Source: a bacterium (GTDB taxonomy: Bacteria > Desulfobacterota > DSWW01). From it: 35,409 nucleotides of DNA. The notes beneath the pieces are model-generated. The model saw nothing but the letters and a program-made list of their open reading frames with translations, had not been told where the DNA came from and ran no database searches. The position numbers and the translations under genes were made by a program. Shown in pieces: positions 17,267 to 27,113 of the stretch (its first letter is position 1; each line of letters starts with the position of its first letter). Location: the NCBI GenBank assembly GCA_040756235.1, contig JBFLZG010000149.1, positions 1-35,409 of the forward strand. The letters run 5' to 3'.

Positions 17267-19660
17267 TCACCCCCGGCCGGCCCGGATCTCCTCCGCACGC
17301 AGCCGCCCCCGGACGTACTTGCCCAGGATCCAGACAGCCTGGTCCGCGGACCGGAAAACGGGTATCCCTCCCTGTTCGAAGGCGCTCGCCAGCGGATCGT
17401 AAAGGGCGCCGCTGTCCACCACCACGACGAGGGGCTTCGGCGACCGCGCGGCGAGACGGGCGATGCGGCCGGCGATGTTCTTCTCCAGGTCCCGCGGGTC
17501 GTCCGAAGCGATTTCTCTCGGCAGCGTGTGGATGAGCGGCGTGAGCGGCACCACCGCAGCCACGACGGCGTCTGCCAGAGGGTCCTCCAGCAGGGCTTCG
17601 ATCACCGCTTCGTAGGCGCCTTCGTCCGCCATGGGCGTGAGGTCGATCGGGTTCTTCACTTCCACGAGGGTTTCGATCCTGGCTTCTCTCAGGATCCGGG
17701 CGAGTCTCTTCCTGGTCTCCTCGGTGAAGCCTGCGAGCTCCAGGTGGAAGTCCTCCCCCAGGATGTTGTCGGCGATGCCGACGGACTCGTACCCTGCGTT
17801 GCTCACGGCTGCGAGCCGGTTGCCGGAGACCGCCTTGCCGCTGAGAGCGCTCGAGAGCCGCAGGAGCCCCTCGAAGGCGGTGAAGGTGTCGGCCACCATG
17901 GCGCCGGCCTGGCTCACGCAGGACTCACAGACCATGTAGTCGCCGGCCAGGGAAGCGGTGTGGCCGGCGCTTGCGCTCTTGCCCTCGGGCGTGCGGCCGG
18001 CTTTGTAAAAGAGGACCTCCTTCCCCTGCAGGACGGAGTGGCGCACGGCCTTCGAAAACTCGAGGCCGTCCAGGTCGTTGAACCCTTCCATGTAACAGGC
18101 AATGGTGCGGATTTCCTCGTCCCGGTCGATGAAGCGCACGATGTCGCTGGCGGTAAGGTCGATCTGGTTGCCGATCGAGAGGGCGTATGCAGGATCCATG
18201 AAGGAGAGCTTGCTCATGCGCGTGATCATGTAGGCACCGCTCTGGCTGATGAAGGCGCTCCTGCGGGCGTGCTCCCCTCGATGCTTGGGGAGCTTGGCGT
18301 CCGGTATGAACAGGGAATCGTAGCGCCCCGGGTGGGACAGGATTCCCAGGCTGTTGCCTCCCAGGAACACGGGCCCGCCCTCGTCCCTTTGGCGGGCTTT
18401 GCGAATCCGTTTCTGGAGCTCGCGGCATCGGTCCTCGGTGCCGTGGACCTCTCCCATCCCGCCCGGAATGAGGAGCACGCTTTCGGCCAGGTTCCTTTCC
18501 AGGACCTGACCCGCGAGCGCCGCCGCCTGCTCCGTGCCCACGGCCAGGATCAGGAGGTCCACCTTCGTGCCGAGGGCATCGAGGGAGGAGGCGGCCTGCA
18601 CGCCCTCGATCTCCTGCACGGCCGGGTGGACGACCCGGAGTCTCGACGCATCGAACCCGTTTGCCAGGATGTTGTTCAGGATGATCCTGCCCACGTTCAT
18701 CTCCCGGGACGAGGCGCCGACCAGAGCGATCGTGGAAGGATGGAGGAGCCGGTCGATCTTCTCCACCGGCCGCGGCGCCGGCATCTCTCCGGGGCGGGAG
18801 AAGCGGCACAGGCCGTCCAGGGGGAACATGAGGTAGTTCGAGAAGGCAAAAGGGTTGATCTCGAGCTCTTCGATCACGTACGGAACCCCTGGCCTGAGCG
18901 GAGAAAAGTGGTTGCCGAGCGCGATCAGGGCGGCGAAGCACTCCAGGAGCTGCTCGTCGGTGACGATGCGCCGGTGTCCGCGCATGAGCCCGGCCAGCGC
19001 TTTGTAGGAGATGGTGTTGCGAAAGAGGCGGAAGAAAGTCTCCCCGTCGGTCATCGCGGTCGAGGCCGCCACGACCGCCTGCCCTTTGCGGAAGCTTTCG
19101 GCGTACAGCTCCGTATCGGTCCCCCCCAGCCCGGCGCTCAGGATCATGCCGAATTCCCGGGTCCGCCTCAGGCTGACGATGAGCTCGCTTCCGAACTGTT
19201 GTGAAGCGGGCATGTACTGGACCAGGAGCATGCCCTTGAGGTCCCTGGAGGCGGCCGCGAGCAGGGCGTCTCCCTCGAGGCCCCTGTAGGCCTCCGGGGC
19301 CCGGCCCGGCTCGCGCTCCACCAGGGCTGCGAAGCTTTCCGGCACCTCGTAGGTCATGGCCCGCACGGCGGACAGCAGCGCCTCCGGCTCCTTGGGCACG
19401 ATCCGCACGGCGCCCGCGTCGCTCTTGTGGGTGATGAACGGCGAGACGGCCTTGATGACGATCCGGTCTCCCGGTATTGCGGAGACCCTGTCCGGCTCCA
19501 GCCGCGCCCCCTTGGGTACCAGGACGTAACGCGGGACCGTCTCCGAACCGATGAGACGGACCAGCTCATAGACTTCCTGCTCATAAAGGAAGCTTCTGCC
19601 GTCGTTTTCGGCCCGCTCGAAGAGCCCGCGGATCCCGTCACAATCTACGTAGATCTTCAT
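17267..19660 (-). CDS. Acetate/acyl-CoA ligase (ADP-forming), ATP-grasp domain N-terminal to the CoA-binding domains
   Basis: KAVSPFITHKSDAGAV and ELEINP (ATP-grasp); IALVGAS, GGNSLG, SQSGA, phospho-His motif AGHTASLAG, NPIDLTP. Confidence 0.9.
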   Translation of the reverse strand: MKIYVDCDGIRGLFERAENDGRSFLYEQEVYELVRLIGSETVPRYVLVPKGARLEPDRVSAIPGDRIVIKAVSPFITHKSDAGAVRIVPKEPEALLSAVRAMTYEVPESFAALVEREPGRAPEAYRGLEGDALLAAASRDLKGMLLVQYMPASQQFGSELIVSLRRTREFGMILSAGLGGTDTELYAESFRKGQAVVAASTAMTDGETFFRLFRNTISYKALAGLMRGHRRIVTDEQLLECFAALIALGNHFSPLRPGVPYVIEELEINPFAFSNYLMFPLDGLCRFSRPGEMPAPRPVEKIDRLLHPSTIALVGASSREMNVGRIILNNILANGFDASRLRVVHPAVQEIEGVQAASSLDALGTKVDLLILAVGTEQAAALAGQVLERNLAESVLLIPGGMGEVHGTEDRCRELQKRIRKARQRDEGGPVFLGGNSLGILSHPGRYDSLFIPDAKLPKHRGEHARRSAFISQSGAYMITRMSKLSFMDPAYALSIGNQIDLTASDIVRFIDRDEEIRTIACYMEGFNDLDGLEFSKAVRHSVLQGKEVLFYKAGRTPEGKSASAGHTASLAGDYMVCESCVSQAGAMVADTFTAFEGLLRLSSALSGKAVSGNRLAAVSNAGYESVGIADNILGEDFHLELAGFTEETRKRLARILREARIETLVEVKNPIDLTPMADEGAYEAVIEALLEDPLADAVVAAVVPLTPLIHTLPREIASDDPRDLEKNIAGRIARLAARSPKPLVVVVDSGALYDPLASAFEQGGIPVFRSADQAVWILGKYVRGRLRAEEIRAGRG

Positions 19661-19805
19661 CGCAGCTCCTCCGTGCCGTTTCAGTCGACTTCCGCTCCAC
19701 CGCGCTCATTCTACCCGACGGGCTCGAATCGCGCACGAGTTGCTTCACGCAGGCGAAAATGCTTGGATGGCTTTGCATCAACTTTCATGGAGGAGCCCAC
19801 GGCTG

Positions 19806-20537
19806 ATGAACCGAGATCCCGGAGAGTCCCTGTGCTTCGCCCTGGATGTGCCTGACCGGGAGGCGGCCCGCGATCTGGTCACGCGGTTGGCCGGAACGGT
19901 GGGCCTCTTCAAGGTCGGACTGGAGCTGTTCGTCAGCGAGGGGCCGAGCCTGCTCCGGGAGATGGCCGGCTGGGGCGCCGCAAAGATCTTCCTCGATCTG
20001 AAGCTTCACGACATCCCGAGAACCGTGCTCGGGGCTTGCAGGTCGGCTGGCCGGGCCCCGGTGGAGCTCCTGTCGGTCCATGCCGAGGCGCTCTGGCAAA
20101 GCGGCAGAAGTCGTGACCGTTCCATCTCGGAGGCCGGACCCAGGCTTCTCGGCATCACGGTCCTGACGAGCGTGGCCGATCAGGACCTCGAGCCCCTGGG
20201 GTACGCACGCGGGCTTTCCGTGAGCGAGCTGGTCGTTCTGCGGGCGTCGATCGCCAGGGAGGCCGGCTGCGCGGGGGTCGTCTGTTCGGGCCGAGAGGTC
20301 GGCCTCATTCGAAAGCGGCTCGGCGCGGACCTGCTGGTCCTCGCGCCCGGCATCCGGCCCGAGTGGGCCCTGGTTTCCGGGGATGATCAGAGCCGTGTCC
20401 GGACGGCGTACGGCGCCATCCGCGAGGGGGCCGACTACGTGGTCGTGGGGCGGCCGATCCGCGACGCGCCCGATCCGCGCGAGGCGGCCGCCAGGATCGT
20501 GGAGGAGATCGAGCGGGGCTACCGGGACCGGGGCTAG
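19806..20537 (+). CDS. pyrF: Orotidine-5'-phosphate decarboxylase
   Basis: ALD, KVGLELF, catalytic FLDLKLHDIP, ITVLTS, PGIRP, DDQSR, VVGRPI. Confidence 0.95.
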   Translation: MNRDPGESLCFALDVPDREAARDLVTRLAGTVGLFKVGLELFVSEGPSLLREMAGWGAAKIFLDLKLHDIPRTVLGACRSAGRAPVELLSVHAEALWQSGRSRDRSISEAGPRLLGITVLTSVADQDLEPLGYARGLSVSELVVLRASIAREAGCAGVVCSGREVGLIRKRLGADLLVLAPGIRPEWALVSGDDQSRVRTAYGAIREGADYVVVGRPIRDAPDPREAAARIVEEIERGYRDRG

Positions 20538-20596
20538 CACTGCCCTTTACCCACAAGTCGGCCCATCAGGGACGCAACGCAAAATCCAGCTCGAAA

Positions 20597-20798
20597 CCGT
20601 CATTCGGGAGGACCGGGGAGCGGACAGCCGCGGTTTCCTCAGTTCCGTCACCCCGGCGCAGGCCGGGGTCCAGTCCCTGCTCCGCGTGATGACACCTCCG
20701 TTCCCTTGTGCGGACTTCTGGATCCCGGCTCGCACGCGCTACGCGGCGGGGCCGGGATGACGAAATTGTGACACCGCCTCTTTCCGCGGGAATGACGG
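20597..20798. repeat. Nested REP-like palindromic element between convergent pyrF and pdxT
   Basis: Outer inverted repeat CCGTCATTC / GAATGACGG; inner unit CGTCACCCCGGCGCAGGCCGGGGTCCAG ... CTGGATCCCGGC...GCCGGGATGACG (20646-20762). Confidence 0.7.
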
Positions 20799-20852
20799 CT
20801 TTCACTGAATCCCGGATGTCGCCAGCTCGGCGGGCTCCCCACCCATGAGGTT

Positions 20853-21470
20853 CTAGGCCACCTTCCGCGACCGGGACACTTTCCCCGCTTGAACCAGCCC
20901 CAGGAAGTACCTGTGCAGCCGGTCGTCGCCGGTCAGCTCCGGATGGAAAGCCAGAGCGAGCAGGTTGCCCTGCCGGACAGCGACCGGATCGTCCCGAAAG
21001 GTCAGCAGAACCGAAACGGCCGGGCCGACGCGGACGATGCGCGGGGCGCGGATGAAGATCGCCGGCACCGGGCCGTCGTCGTTCCCCGGAAGCTCACCGG
21101 GCCTCGACACCGGGAGCCGGGCCTCGAAGCTGTAGACCTGCCGTCCGTAGGCGTTGCGCAGAACGTCTGCGTCCAGCAGATCCAGCGAGAGGCCCTCCTC
21201 GCCGTCGACGCGCCTGGCCAGAAGGATCGTCCCCGCGCAGGTCGCGAGCACCGGAAAGCTCCGCCGGCCGTATTCGGCCAGGGCCTCCCAGAGGCCGTGC
21301 TCCCTGGCGAGCTTGCGCTGGGTCGTGGTCTCTCCACCCGGCAGAACGAGCCCGTCGCACGCCCGGAGCTGTTCCGCAAGCCGGACTTCGATGGTCTCGG
21401 CGCCGAGTCTTTCCAGCACGTCTCTGTGTTCTCGAAACGCACCCTGGAGGGCGAGGACCCCGATTTTCAT
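20853..21470 (-). CDS. pdxT: PLP synthase glutaminase subunit
   Basis: IGVLALQGAF, LPGGETT, catalytic TCAG, RNAYGRQVYSF, FIRAP, FHPE. Confidence 0.95.
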   Translation of the reverse strand: MKIGVLALQGAFREHRDVLERLGAETIEVRLAEQLRACDGLVLPGGETTTQRKLAREHGLWEALAEYGRRSFPVLATCAGTILLARRVDGEEGLSLDLLDADVLRNAYGRQVYSFEARLPVSRPGELPGNDDGPVPAIFIRAPRIVRVGPAVSVLLTFRDDPVAVRQGNLLALAFHPELTGDDRLHRYFLGLVQAGKVSRSRKVA

Positions 21471-21488
21471 GCTGCGCACGCTGCGGCC

Positions 21489-22376
21489 TCACCAGCCACG
21501 CACGGCCAGCCGTTCCGCGTCGGAAAGGTCCGCGACCTGCCGGCCCCGCATGGCGGAGCCGAGTCCGCGGGAAACGCGCGCCAGCCGGGCCGCGTCATCG
21601 AAGTAGGTGGTGGCCTCCACGATCGCCCTGGCGCGAACGGCGGGATTCTCGGACTTGAAGATGCCGGACCCGACGAAGACCCCGTCGGCACCGAGCTGCA
21701 TCATCAGGGCGGCATCGGCGGGAGTCGCGACGCCTCCGGCAGCGAAGTTCACCACGGGAAGGCAGCCGAGTCGCGCCACCGTCTCCACCAGGTGGTGAGG
21801 CGCCTCGAGCTCCTTGGCTGCATGGTACAGCTCATCGGGCCTCAAGCCCTTCAGCCATCGAATCTGGGCCTGCACCTTGCGCATGTGTCGGACCGCTTCC
21901 ACGATGTCGCCCGAGCCGGCCTCCCCTTTGGTGCGGATCATGGCCGCACCCTCGGCGAGCCTGCGCAGGGCCTCGCCGAGGTCCCGGCATCCGCACACGA
22001 ACGGCACCTTGAAGGCATGCTTGTCGATGTGGTTCTGTTCGTCCGCGGGCGTGAGGACCTCGGATTCGTCGACATAGTCGATTTCGAGAGCCTCCAGGAT
22101 CTGGGCCTCCACGAAATGACCGATCCGCGCCTTGGCCATGACCGGGATCGTGACCGCCTCCTGAATCCGGACGATGATCTCCGGATCGGCCATGCGCGCC
22201 ACGCCGCCTTCGGCGCGGATGTCCGCGGGCACCCGCTCCAGGGCCATGACGGCGCAGGCCCCCGCATCCTCGGCGATCTTCGCCTGCTCCGGTGTCGTGA
22301 CATCCATGATCACGCCGCCTTTGAGCATCTTGGCCAGGCCGGTCTTGGCTTCCCAGGTTCCTTGTTTGGCTTCCAT
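21489..22376 (-). CDS. pdxS: PLP synthase lyase subunit
   Basis: [65 protein letters not shown]. Confidence 0.97.
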   Translation of the reverse strand: MEAKQGTWEAKTGLAKMLKGGVIMDVTTPEQAKIAEDAGACAVMALERVPADIRAEGGVARMADPEIIVRIQEAVTIPVMAKARIGHFVEAQILEALEIDYVDESEVLTPADEQNHIDKHAFKVPFVCGCRDLGEALRRLAEGAAMIRTKGEAGSGDIVEAVRHMRKVQAQIRWLKGLRPDELYHAAKELEAPHHLVETVARLGCLPVVNFAAGGVATPADAALMMQLGADGVFVGSGIFKSENPAVRARAIVEATTYFDDAARLARVSRGLGSAMRGRQVADLSDAERLAVRGW

Positions 22377-22646
22377 CGTCTTTTAAGCCTCTCGCGGTGT
22401 TACAGTCATCCGCCTCCCCCGCGGCCACGCAGGGCCTCGGGTCTGAAGGGGCCCGCCTCATCAAGCACTGCCGAGAGCCCGACCGGGAGGCAAATTCTTT
22501 CTGTGGTCGCTAAGAGAGACGTAACAAAAGAGGAGCGCCTCGTCAAGGGCATCAGACCTGGAGCGACATCCCGGCTCCCTTGCGCCGGGCCCGCTCCTTG
22601 GGTGGGAATCGGGCAGCAGAATGGCGGAGGGATCGGGAGCAGGCGC

Positions 22647-23012
22647 CTACAACCAGTACAGGAAACGCCGACACTTCGGGCAAACCTCGACCCCCTCGTT
22701 CGCCTTGCACTCCTGCACGAACAGCGTCGGAAGCGCCAGGAAGCACCCGTAGCAGACCCCGTTGTTCACGGGCGCGATGGCTCGGCCGAACTTGGCGAAA
22801 AGCTTGTCGTAGTGCGCCAGCTTCACAGGCGAGATCTGCGTCCGCAGCGCCTGGCGCGCTTCGCGCAGGGTCTCCAGGCTCTTGAATACGAAGCCAAGGA
22901 CCGCTTCTTCGCTCGCGAAGCGCTCTTCGCTCGCGTCGCGTATCATCATGTCCAAATCGTGGAGCTTGATCAGAAGCTCGAGTTCTCGATCCATTTCTCG
23001 GCTATTTTCCAT
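22647..23012 (-). CDS. Short C4-type zinc-ribbon protein (DUF164/FlgZ/CdsZ-like)
   Basis: LELLIKLHDLD N-terminal helix; YDKL; AIAPVNNGVCYGCF...CPKCRRFLY. Confidence 0.85.
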   Translation of the reverse strand: MENSREMDRELELLIKLHDLDMMIRDASEERFASEEAVLGFVFKSLETLREARQALRTQISPVKLAHYDKLFAKFGRAIAPVNNGVCYGCFLALPTLFVQECKANEGVEVCPKCRRFLYWL

Positions 23013-23020
23013 GAACGGGT

Positions 23021-23473
23021 TTACAGATCCATCGCAAGCACGGATTGAATGAATTCCTGCGGGGTCTTTGCATCCCGGAGGGCAGCCACTTTGTCCGGAT
23101 CGCTCGCCAGCCTGGCCAAGCTTCCGAGCAGCGGCAGGTACTGGTTGGAGACTTCCCGGTGAGGGGCCATGACGAGGAAGAAGAGGTAGACCTTCTTCCG
23201 GTCGAGCGATTGATAGTAGATTCCCTTCTGGGAAACGCCGCAGACGACAAAGAGCTTGTCGATGATGACCGACCTGCCGTGCGGAATGGCCACGCCGTTG
23301 CCCAGGCCGGTCGAGCCCAACTGCTCGCGTTGCAGGATGGTCTCGAGGAGAATGGCCTTCTGCTCCGTGGAGAGGTCTGCCATTTCAACGAGATCCCGGA
23401 TGACTTCTTCCTTGGTGGACGACTCTAGATTCAAATTGATATGATGGGGCGCCAGCAGCTCTGTGAGTCTCAT
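23021..23473 (-). CDS. PTS IIA domain protein (PtsN/fructose-mannitol type)
   Basis: REQLGSTGLGNGVAIPHGR with the phospho-His; YQSLD..V.LFFL; RBS GGAGG. Alternative TTG start at 23479. Confidence 0.9.
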   Translation of the reverse strand: MRLTELLAPHHINLNLESSTKEEVIRDLVEMADLSTEQKAILLETILQREQLGSTGLGNGVAIPHGRSVIIDKLFVVCGVSQKGIYYQSLDRKKVYLFFLVMAPHREVSNQYLPLLGSLARLASDPDKVAALRDAKTPQEFIQSVLAMDL

Positions 23474-23528
23474 CCGCAATGCCTCCGGGCACTAAAGTTA
23501 ACTTATCGCGGCCCAAAAGACAAGGAAC

Positions 23529-25805
23529 ATGCCCCCACGAGCGCGACAGGTTTGCCCGTTCCGGTTGCGGCCGGCTGCCGTTGGTCGAGGCAGGCAGGGA
23601 ATATCCGACGAGGTCACGACCGGAGCGAGCAGGCGGCGCAGGGGCGGGATCTTTCTGGGATTTGCGCTCTTGCTGCTGTGTCGGAGCTGCGTCGCCCCTC
23701 TGCCGGCCCAGGATCGAGATCCCCAATGCGGCGACGCGACCCTCGGGACGGACCCGAAGGATCTCTTCCGCGCCGGTGTGACCGCCTTCCAGAAGGGCCG
23801 CTTCGCCGATGCGGCAGACCGGATCGGCGCGTCCCTCAGGAATCCGACGGGCTGGGAGGAATACGCGCATTTCTATCTTCTTCTTTCCCATTGGAAAGAG
23901 GGGAGCGCGTCCGATGCCATCCGGCTCTGTGCCGAGTTCCGTGCCCGCCGCCCTGAAAGCCACCTTCTCGACCGTGTCGAGGTCATCGAGGCCAAGGCCC
24001 TCAACCAGTCGGCGGCTTACGGTCCTGCGGTTCAGGCCTGCCTGGCTTTTCTCGACAGGAGGGACAGGCCGGAGCTGAGGCTCCTTCTGGCCGATGCACG
24101 GGCCTCCCAGGGCGATCTGCCCGCGGCTCTGGAAGATTACAGGGAAATCCGGAAGAGATGGCCGACTTCCGGCGAGGCGCGCGAGGCCAAAGCAAAGGCC
24201 CGGGAGATTCTGAACAGGCGGCCGGACCTGATGAAGGCGCGAGAAGCTGCCTTTCTCCGGGAGGAGGCCGGGATCTGCCTGCGCGAGAGAGCATACGCGG
24301 AGGGGCTCTCTCTTTACCAGGAGCTCCTTCGCCTGCCTTTGCCCCCCGAGGTCGAGCGGGAGGCGAGATGGGGAGAGATTCAGGCGCTCCTGAGGATAGG
24401 GCAAATCGAAAAGGCCCAGGGCGTGCTGAATGTGCTGAGGGAACGGCACCCCGCCTCCGAGGAGGCGATCAAGGGCATGCTGGCCGTGGGCCGATCACTC
24501 TGGAACAAGGACCAGAACGCCGGCGCGGTTTCCATTCTCCAGCAGCTCCTCGAGCAGTACACCGACACGGACGAAGCCATGCAGGCGTCCTACATCCTGG
24601 GACGGCTCCTCTTCGAACGGGGCGATCTCGGGGGGGCGCTTCTCCAGTTCCGCCGCACCCGCTTTCTTTTCCCGAACGGATCGATCGAGGGGGAGGCTGC
24701 GTGGTGGGAGGGCTGGTGCCACTACCTCCAGGGCGACCATGTTGCCTGTGCCGAGCACCTCAGGGCGTGCATAGACGGCCACGTCTGGGGGCCGGAGGTC
24801 TCCAGGGCCCGCTACTGGGAGGCGCGCTGCCTGGAGAAGGCGGGCCGGAGGGAAGAGGCCCTGGCTCTGTACGGGGAGCTTCGGATACGGCACCCCGAAA
24901 GCTACTACAGCGTTCTCGCGGAGAAACGGATAGGGGGTGGTCCTCTGGTTCTGTCGCCTGCTGCGAGCGATCTCACGGCCCTGTCCGAACAGGACTTCCT
25001 CCGGCTGCAAAGCTCCTGCTGCCGGCTTCCGGACCCGATCGTGCCCGTGCTGCTCGAAGTCGGGCTTCCGGAGGAAGCCGCGGCCCGGCTCGACTGGCTG
25101 CGGACCCGGAGCGAAGCGATCCAGTCGCCTCTGGACGCATGGATCGAGGCCTACGCACGCGTCGGCGCCTGCGGCACGGCCATGCGGATCGCCCGGGAGT
25201 CCGGAATCCTCGACCGACTCCTCAGCGAATACGCGGCCGGTACGGCGGACGGGCAGGCCCGGGCTTCGTTGCAGAACCTGTTCCCGGTCGCCTATTGGGA
25301 CGTCGTCCTGGGAAGGGCTCGGGAAAACGGTCTGGACCCGTTCCTCGTGCTGGGGCTGATTCACCAGGAGAGTCGGTTTGCAGCGGATGCCGCTTCTCCG
25401 GCCGGCGCCATCGGTCTCATGCAGATCATGCCTGCGACCGGCGGCCGGGTCGCCCGTGAGATCGGACTGAAAGACTTCAGCCAGGCGCGATTGTGCGACC
25501 CGGGCGTCAACGTCAACATCGGAACGGCCTATCTGTCCGGTCTGGTCCGCCGCTACCAGGGCGCCTGGCCCAAGATTCTGGCCGCCTACAACGCCGGTCC
25601 GGACGCGGTGAAGAAGTGGATCGATTCGATGCCGAGTGCGGCGCCGGACGAGTTCATCGAAGGGATCACCTACAGCGAGACGCGGATCTACGTCAAGAAA
25701 GTCTTCTTCAACTGGTCGCTTTACTCCCGTCTCTACAGGTCCCGGCCGGAAGAGAGAGTGGTCCAGACGGCGGCGCCCGGGAAGCTCGAAGACTCGGAGC
25801 TGTGA
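23529..25805 (+). CDS. Soluble lytic transglycosylase (Slt70-like) with TPR repeats
   Basis: Hydrophobic N-terminal segment, multiple TPR-like repeats, SLT motifs IHQESRF (catalytic Glu), GAIGLMQIMP, AAYNAG, ETRIYV. Start uncertain. Confidence 0.9.
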   Translation: MPPRARQVCPFRLRPAAVGRGRQGISDEVTTGASRRRRGGIFLGFALLLLCRSCVAPLPAQDRDPQCGDATLGTDPKDLFRAGVTAFQKGRFADAADRIGASLRNPTGWEEYAHFYLLLSHWKEGSASDAIRLCAEFRARRPESHLLDRVEVIEAKALNQSAAYGPAVQACLAFLDRRDRPELRLLLADARASQGDLPAALEDYREIRKRWPTSGEAREAKAKAREILNRRPDLMKAREAAFLREEAGICLRERAYAEGLSLYQELLRLPLPPEVEREARWGEIQALLRIGQIEKAQGVLNVLRERHPASEEAIKGMLAVGRSLWNKDQNAGAVSILQQLLEQYTDTDEAMQASYILGRLLFERGDLGGALLQFRRTRFLFPNGSIEGEAAWWEGWCHYLQGDHVACAEHLRACIDGHVWGPEVSRARYWEARCLEKAGRREEALALYGELRIRHPESYYSVLAEKRIGGGPLVLSPAASDLTALSEQDFLRLQSSCCRLPDPIVPVLLEVGLPEEAAARLDWLRTRSEAIQSPLDAWIEAYARVGACGTAMRIARESGILDRLLSEYAAGTADGQARASLQNLFPVAYWDVVLGRARENGLDPFLVLGLIHQESRFAADAASPAGAIGLMQIMPATGGRVAREIGLKDFSQARLCDPGVNVNIGTAYLSGLVRRYQGAWPKILAAYNAGPDAVKKWIDSMPSAAPDEFIEGITYSETRIYVKKVFFNWSLYSRLYRSRPEERVVQTAAPGKLEDSEL

Positions 25806-25887
25806 GGCCGCCGGGCGCGCGCATCGAGCCGCCCGTGAATTTCCTGAACGGCGCTTGAGGAGCGTCCTTGGGGCGCGCTTTTCCCGA

Positions 25888-25916
25888 TTGACAGCGGGAA
25901 GCGAATTACCTATTTT
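25888..25916 (+). promoter_or_regulatory. Putative sigma70 promoter for the FliA/WhiG sigma gene
   Basis: TTGACA-N17-TATTTT. Confidence 0.55.
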
Positions 25917-25967
25917 GTGCACGTCAGTTCCAACTTCGCATCGTCCCTGCCCGGGCTAGGACACCCT

Positions 25968-26732
25968 TTGACTGAGAAAACCGCTACACCGACGACTGCA
26001 AAAAACCGCTCCCGCAGGGTGTCCCTCAAGGAACGAGACCGGCTCATCGAGCAATACGCTCCGATGATCAAGCATCTTGCCTTGCGCATCGCCATGCGCC
26101 TGCCCAGCCACATCGAGCTGGACGACCTGATCAATTCGGGCGTCATCGGCCTGATGGATGCGATCGAGAAGTTCGATCCCGAAAAGGGGGTGCGGTTCGA
26201 GACCTATGCCGAATTCCGCATCCGCGGGGCGATCCTGGACGAGTTGAGAGCGCAGGACTGGGTCTCCCGCTCCGTCCGCCAGAAGGCCAACCAGCTGAGC
26301 CGCGCCTATGCGGATCTCGAGCAACAGCTGGGCCGGGCCGCGACGGACGAGGAAGTGATGGGCACCCTGGACATGGACCGGGAGTCCTTCTACAAGCTCC
26401 TCGATCGAGTGCGGTCCATCTCCGTCATCAACTGGGAAGACATCACCGGCAGGGAAAAGCTGGACGGCAGCAAGGGAGAGATCCCGTCGGATTTCTGGAA
26501 AGGAGCGGACCCGTTCCGGGACCTGAACGTCAGGCGGATCCGCCAGGTGCTCCAGCAGGCCATCGAAGCGCTTCCCGAGAAGGAGCGGATCGTCGTCTCA
26601 CTCTACTATTACGCCGACCTCAACATGAAGGAAATCGGCGACGTCCTGAACATCACCGAATCCCGCATCTCTCAGATCCACACCAAAGCGGTGTTGCGCC
26701 TCAGAGGCAAGATCATGTCTTTCTTCTCTTGA
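25968..26732 (+). CDS. fliA: FliA/WhiG family (sigma28) RNA polymerase sigma factor
   Basis: RLPSHIELDDLINSGVIGLMDAIEKFD, FETYAEFRIRGAILDELRAQDW, SLYYY..LNMKEIG..L.ITESRISQIHTKA. TTG start after AGGA. Confidence 0.92.
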   Translation: MTEKTATPTTAKNRSRRVSLKERDRLIEQYAPMIKHLALRIAMRLPSHIELDDLINSGVIGLMDAIEKFDPEKGVRFETYAEFRIRGAILDELRAQDWVSRSVRQKANQLSRAYADLEQQLGRAATDEEVMGTLDMDRESFYKLLDRVRSISVINWEDITGREKLDGSKGEIPSDFWKGADPFRDLNVRRIRQVLQQAIEALPEKERIVVSLYYYADLNMKEIGDVLNITESRISQIHTKAVLRLRGKIMSFFS

Positions 26733-26748
26733 GGCTACTCGCCTCCCG

Positions 26749-26820
26749 GTCATTCCGGCGCAGGAGGGTGTGGCGCAATTGGGGCGACCCATGCGTTGCC
26801 CGTCCCGGGATCCAGAAGTC
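26749..26820. repeat. Partial REP-like element related to the 20597-20798 repeat
   Basis: Begins GTCATTCCGGCGCAGG and ends CCGGGATCCAGAAGTC, the exact reverse complement of 20713-20728. Confidence 0.65.
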
Positions 26821-27113
26821 TGCATCAAGTAGGTGAGACCGGTCGGTCGCACTCTGCTGCGATCTGAAACGAGTGCGGTGGGTGTGCCGACGAGGAGGCG
26901 AGGGCGAGTCGCGGAGGCCGTCCCGAGTCCCGACAGGCCGGAGCGTTCTGAGCCCGAGACGATCGAGGGCGGTACACCCACTGCACGTCGGATCGCCACG
27001 CTCGCCAGGTTGCAGCCGTGGTCGGTGGACACGCCTGCGGCTTTGTCCACCCTACCGAGTGCTCATGCGGTCCGGGGGCGACGTATGCAGCGCCCCTGCA
27101 AGGCCCCGCTGGC

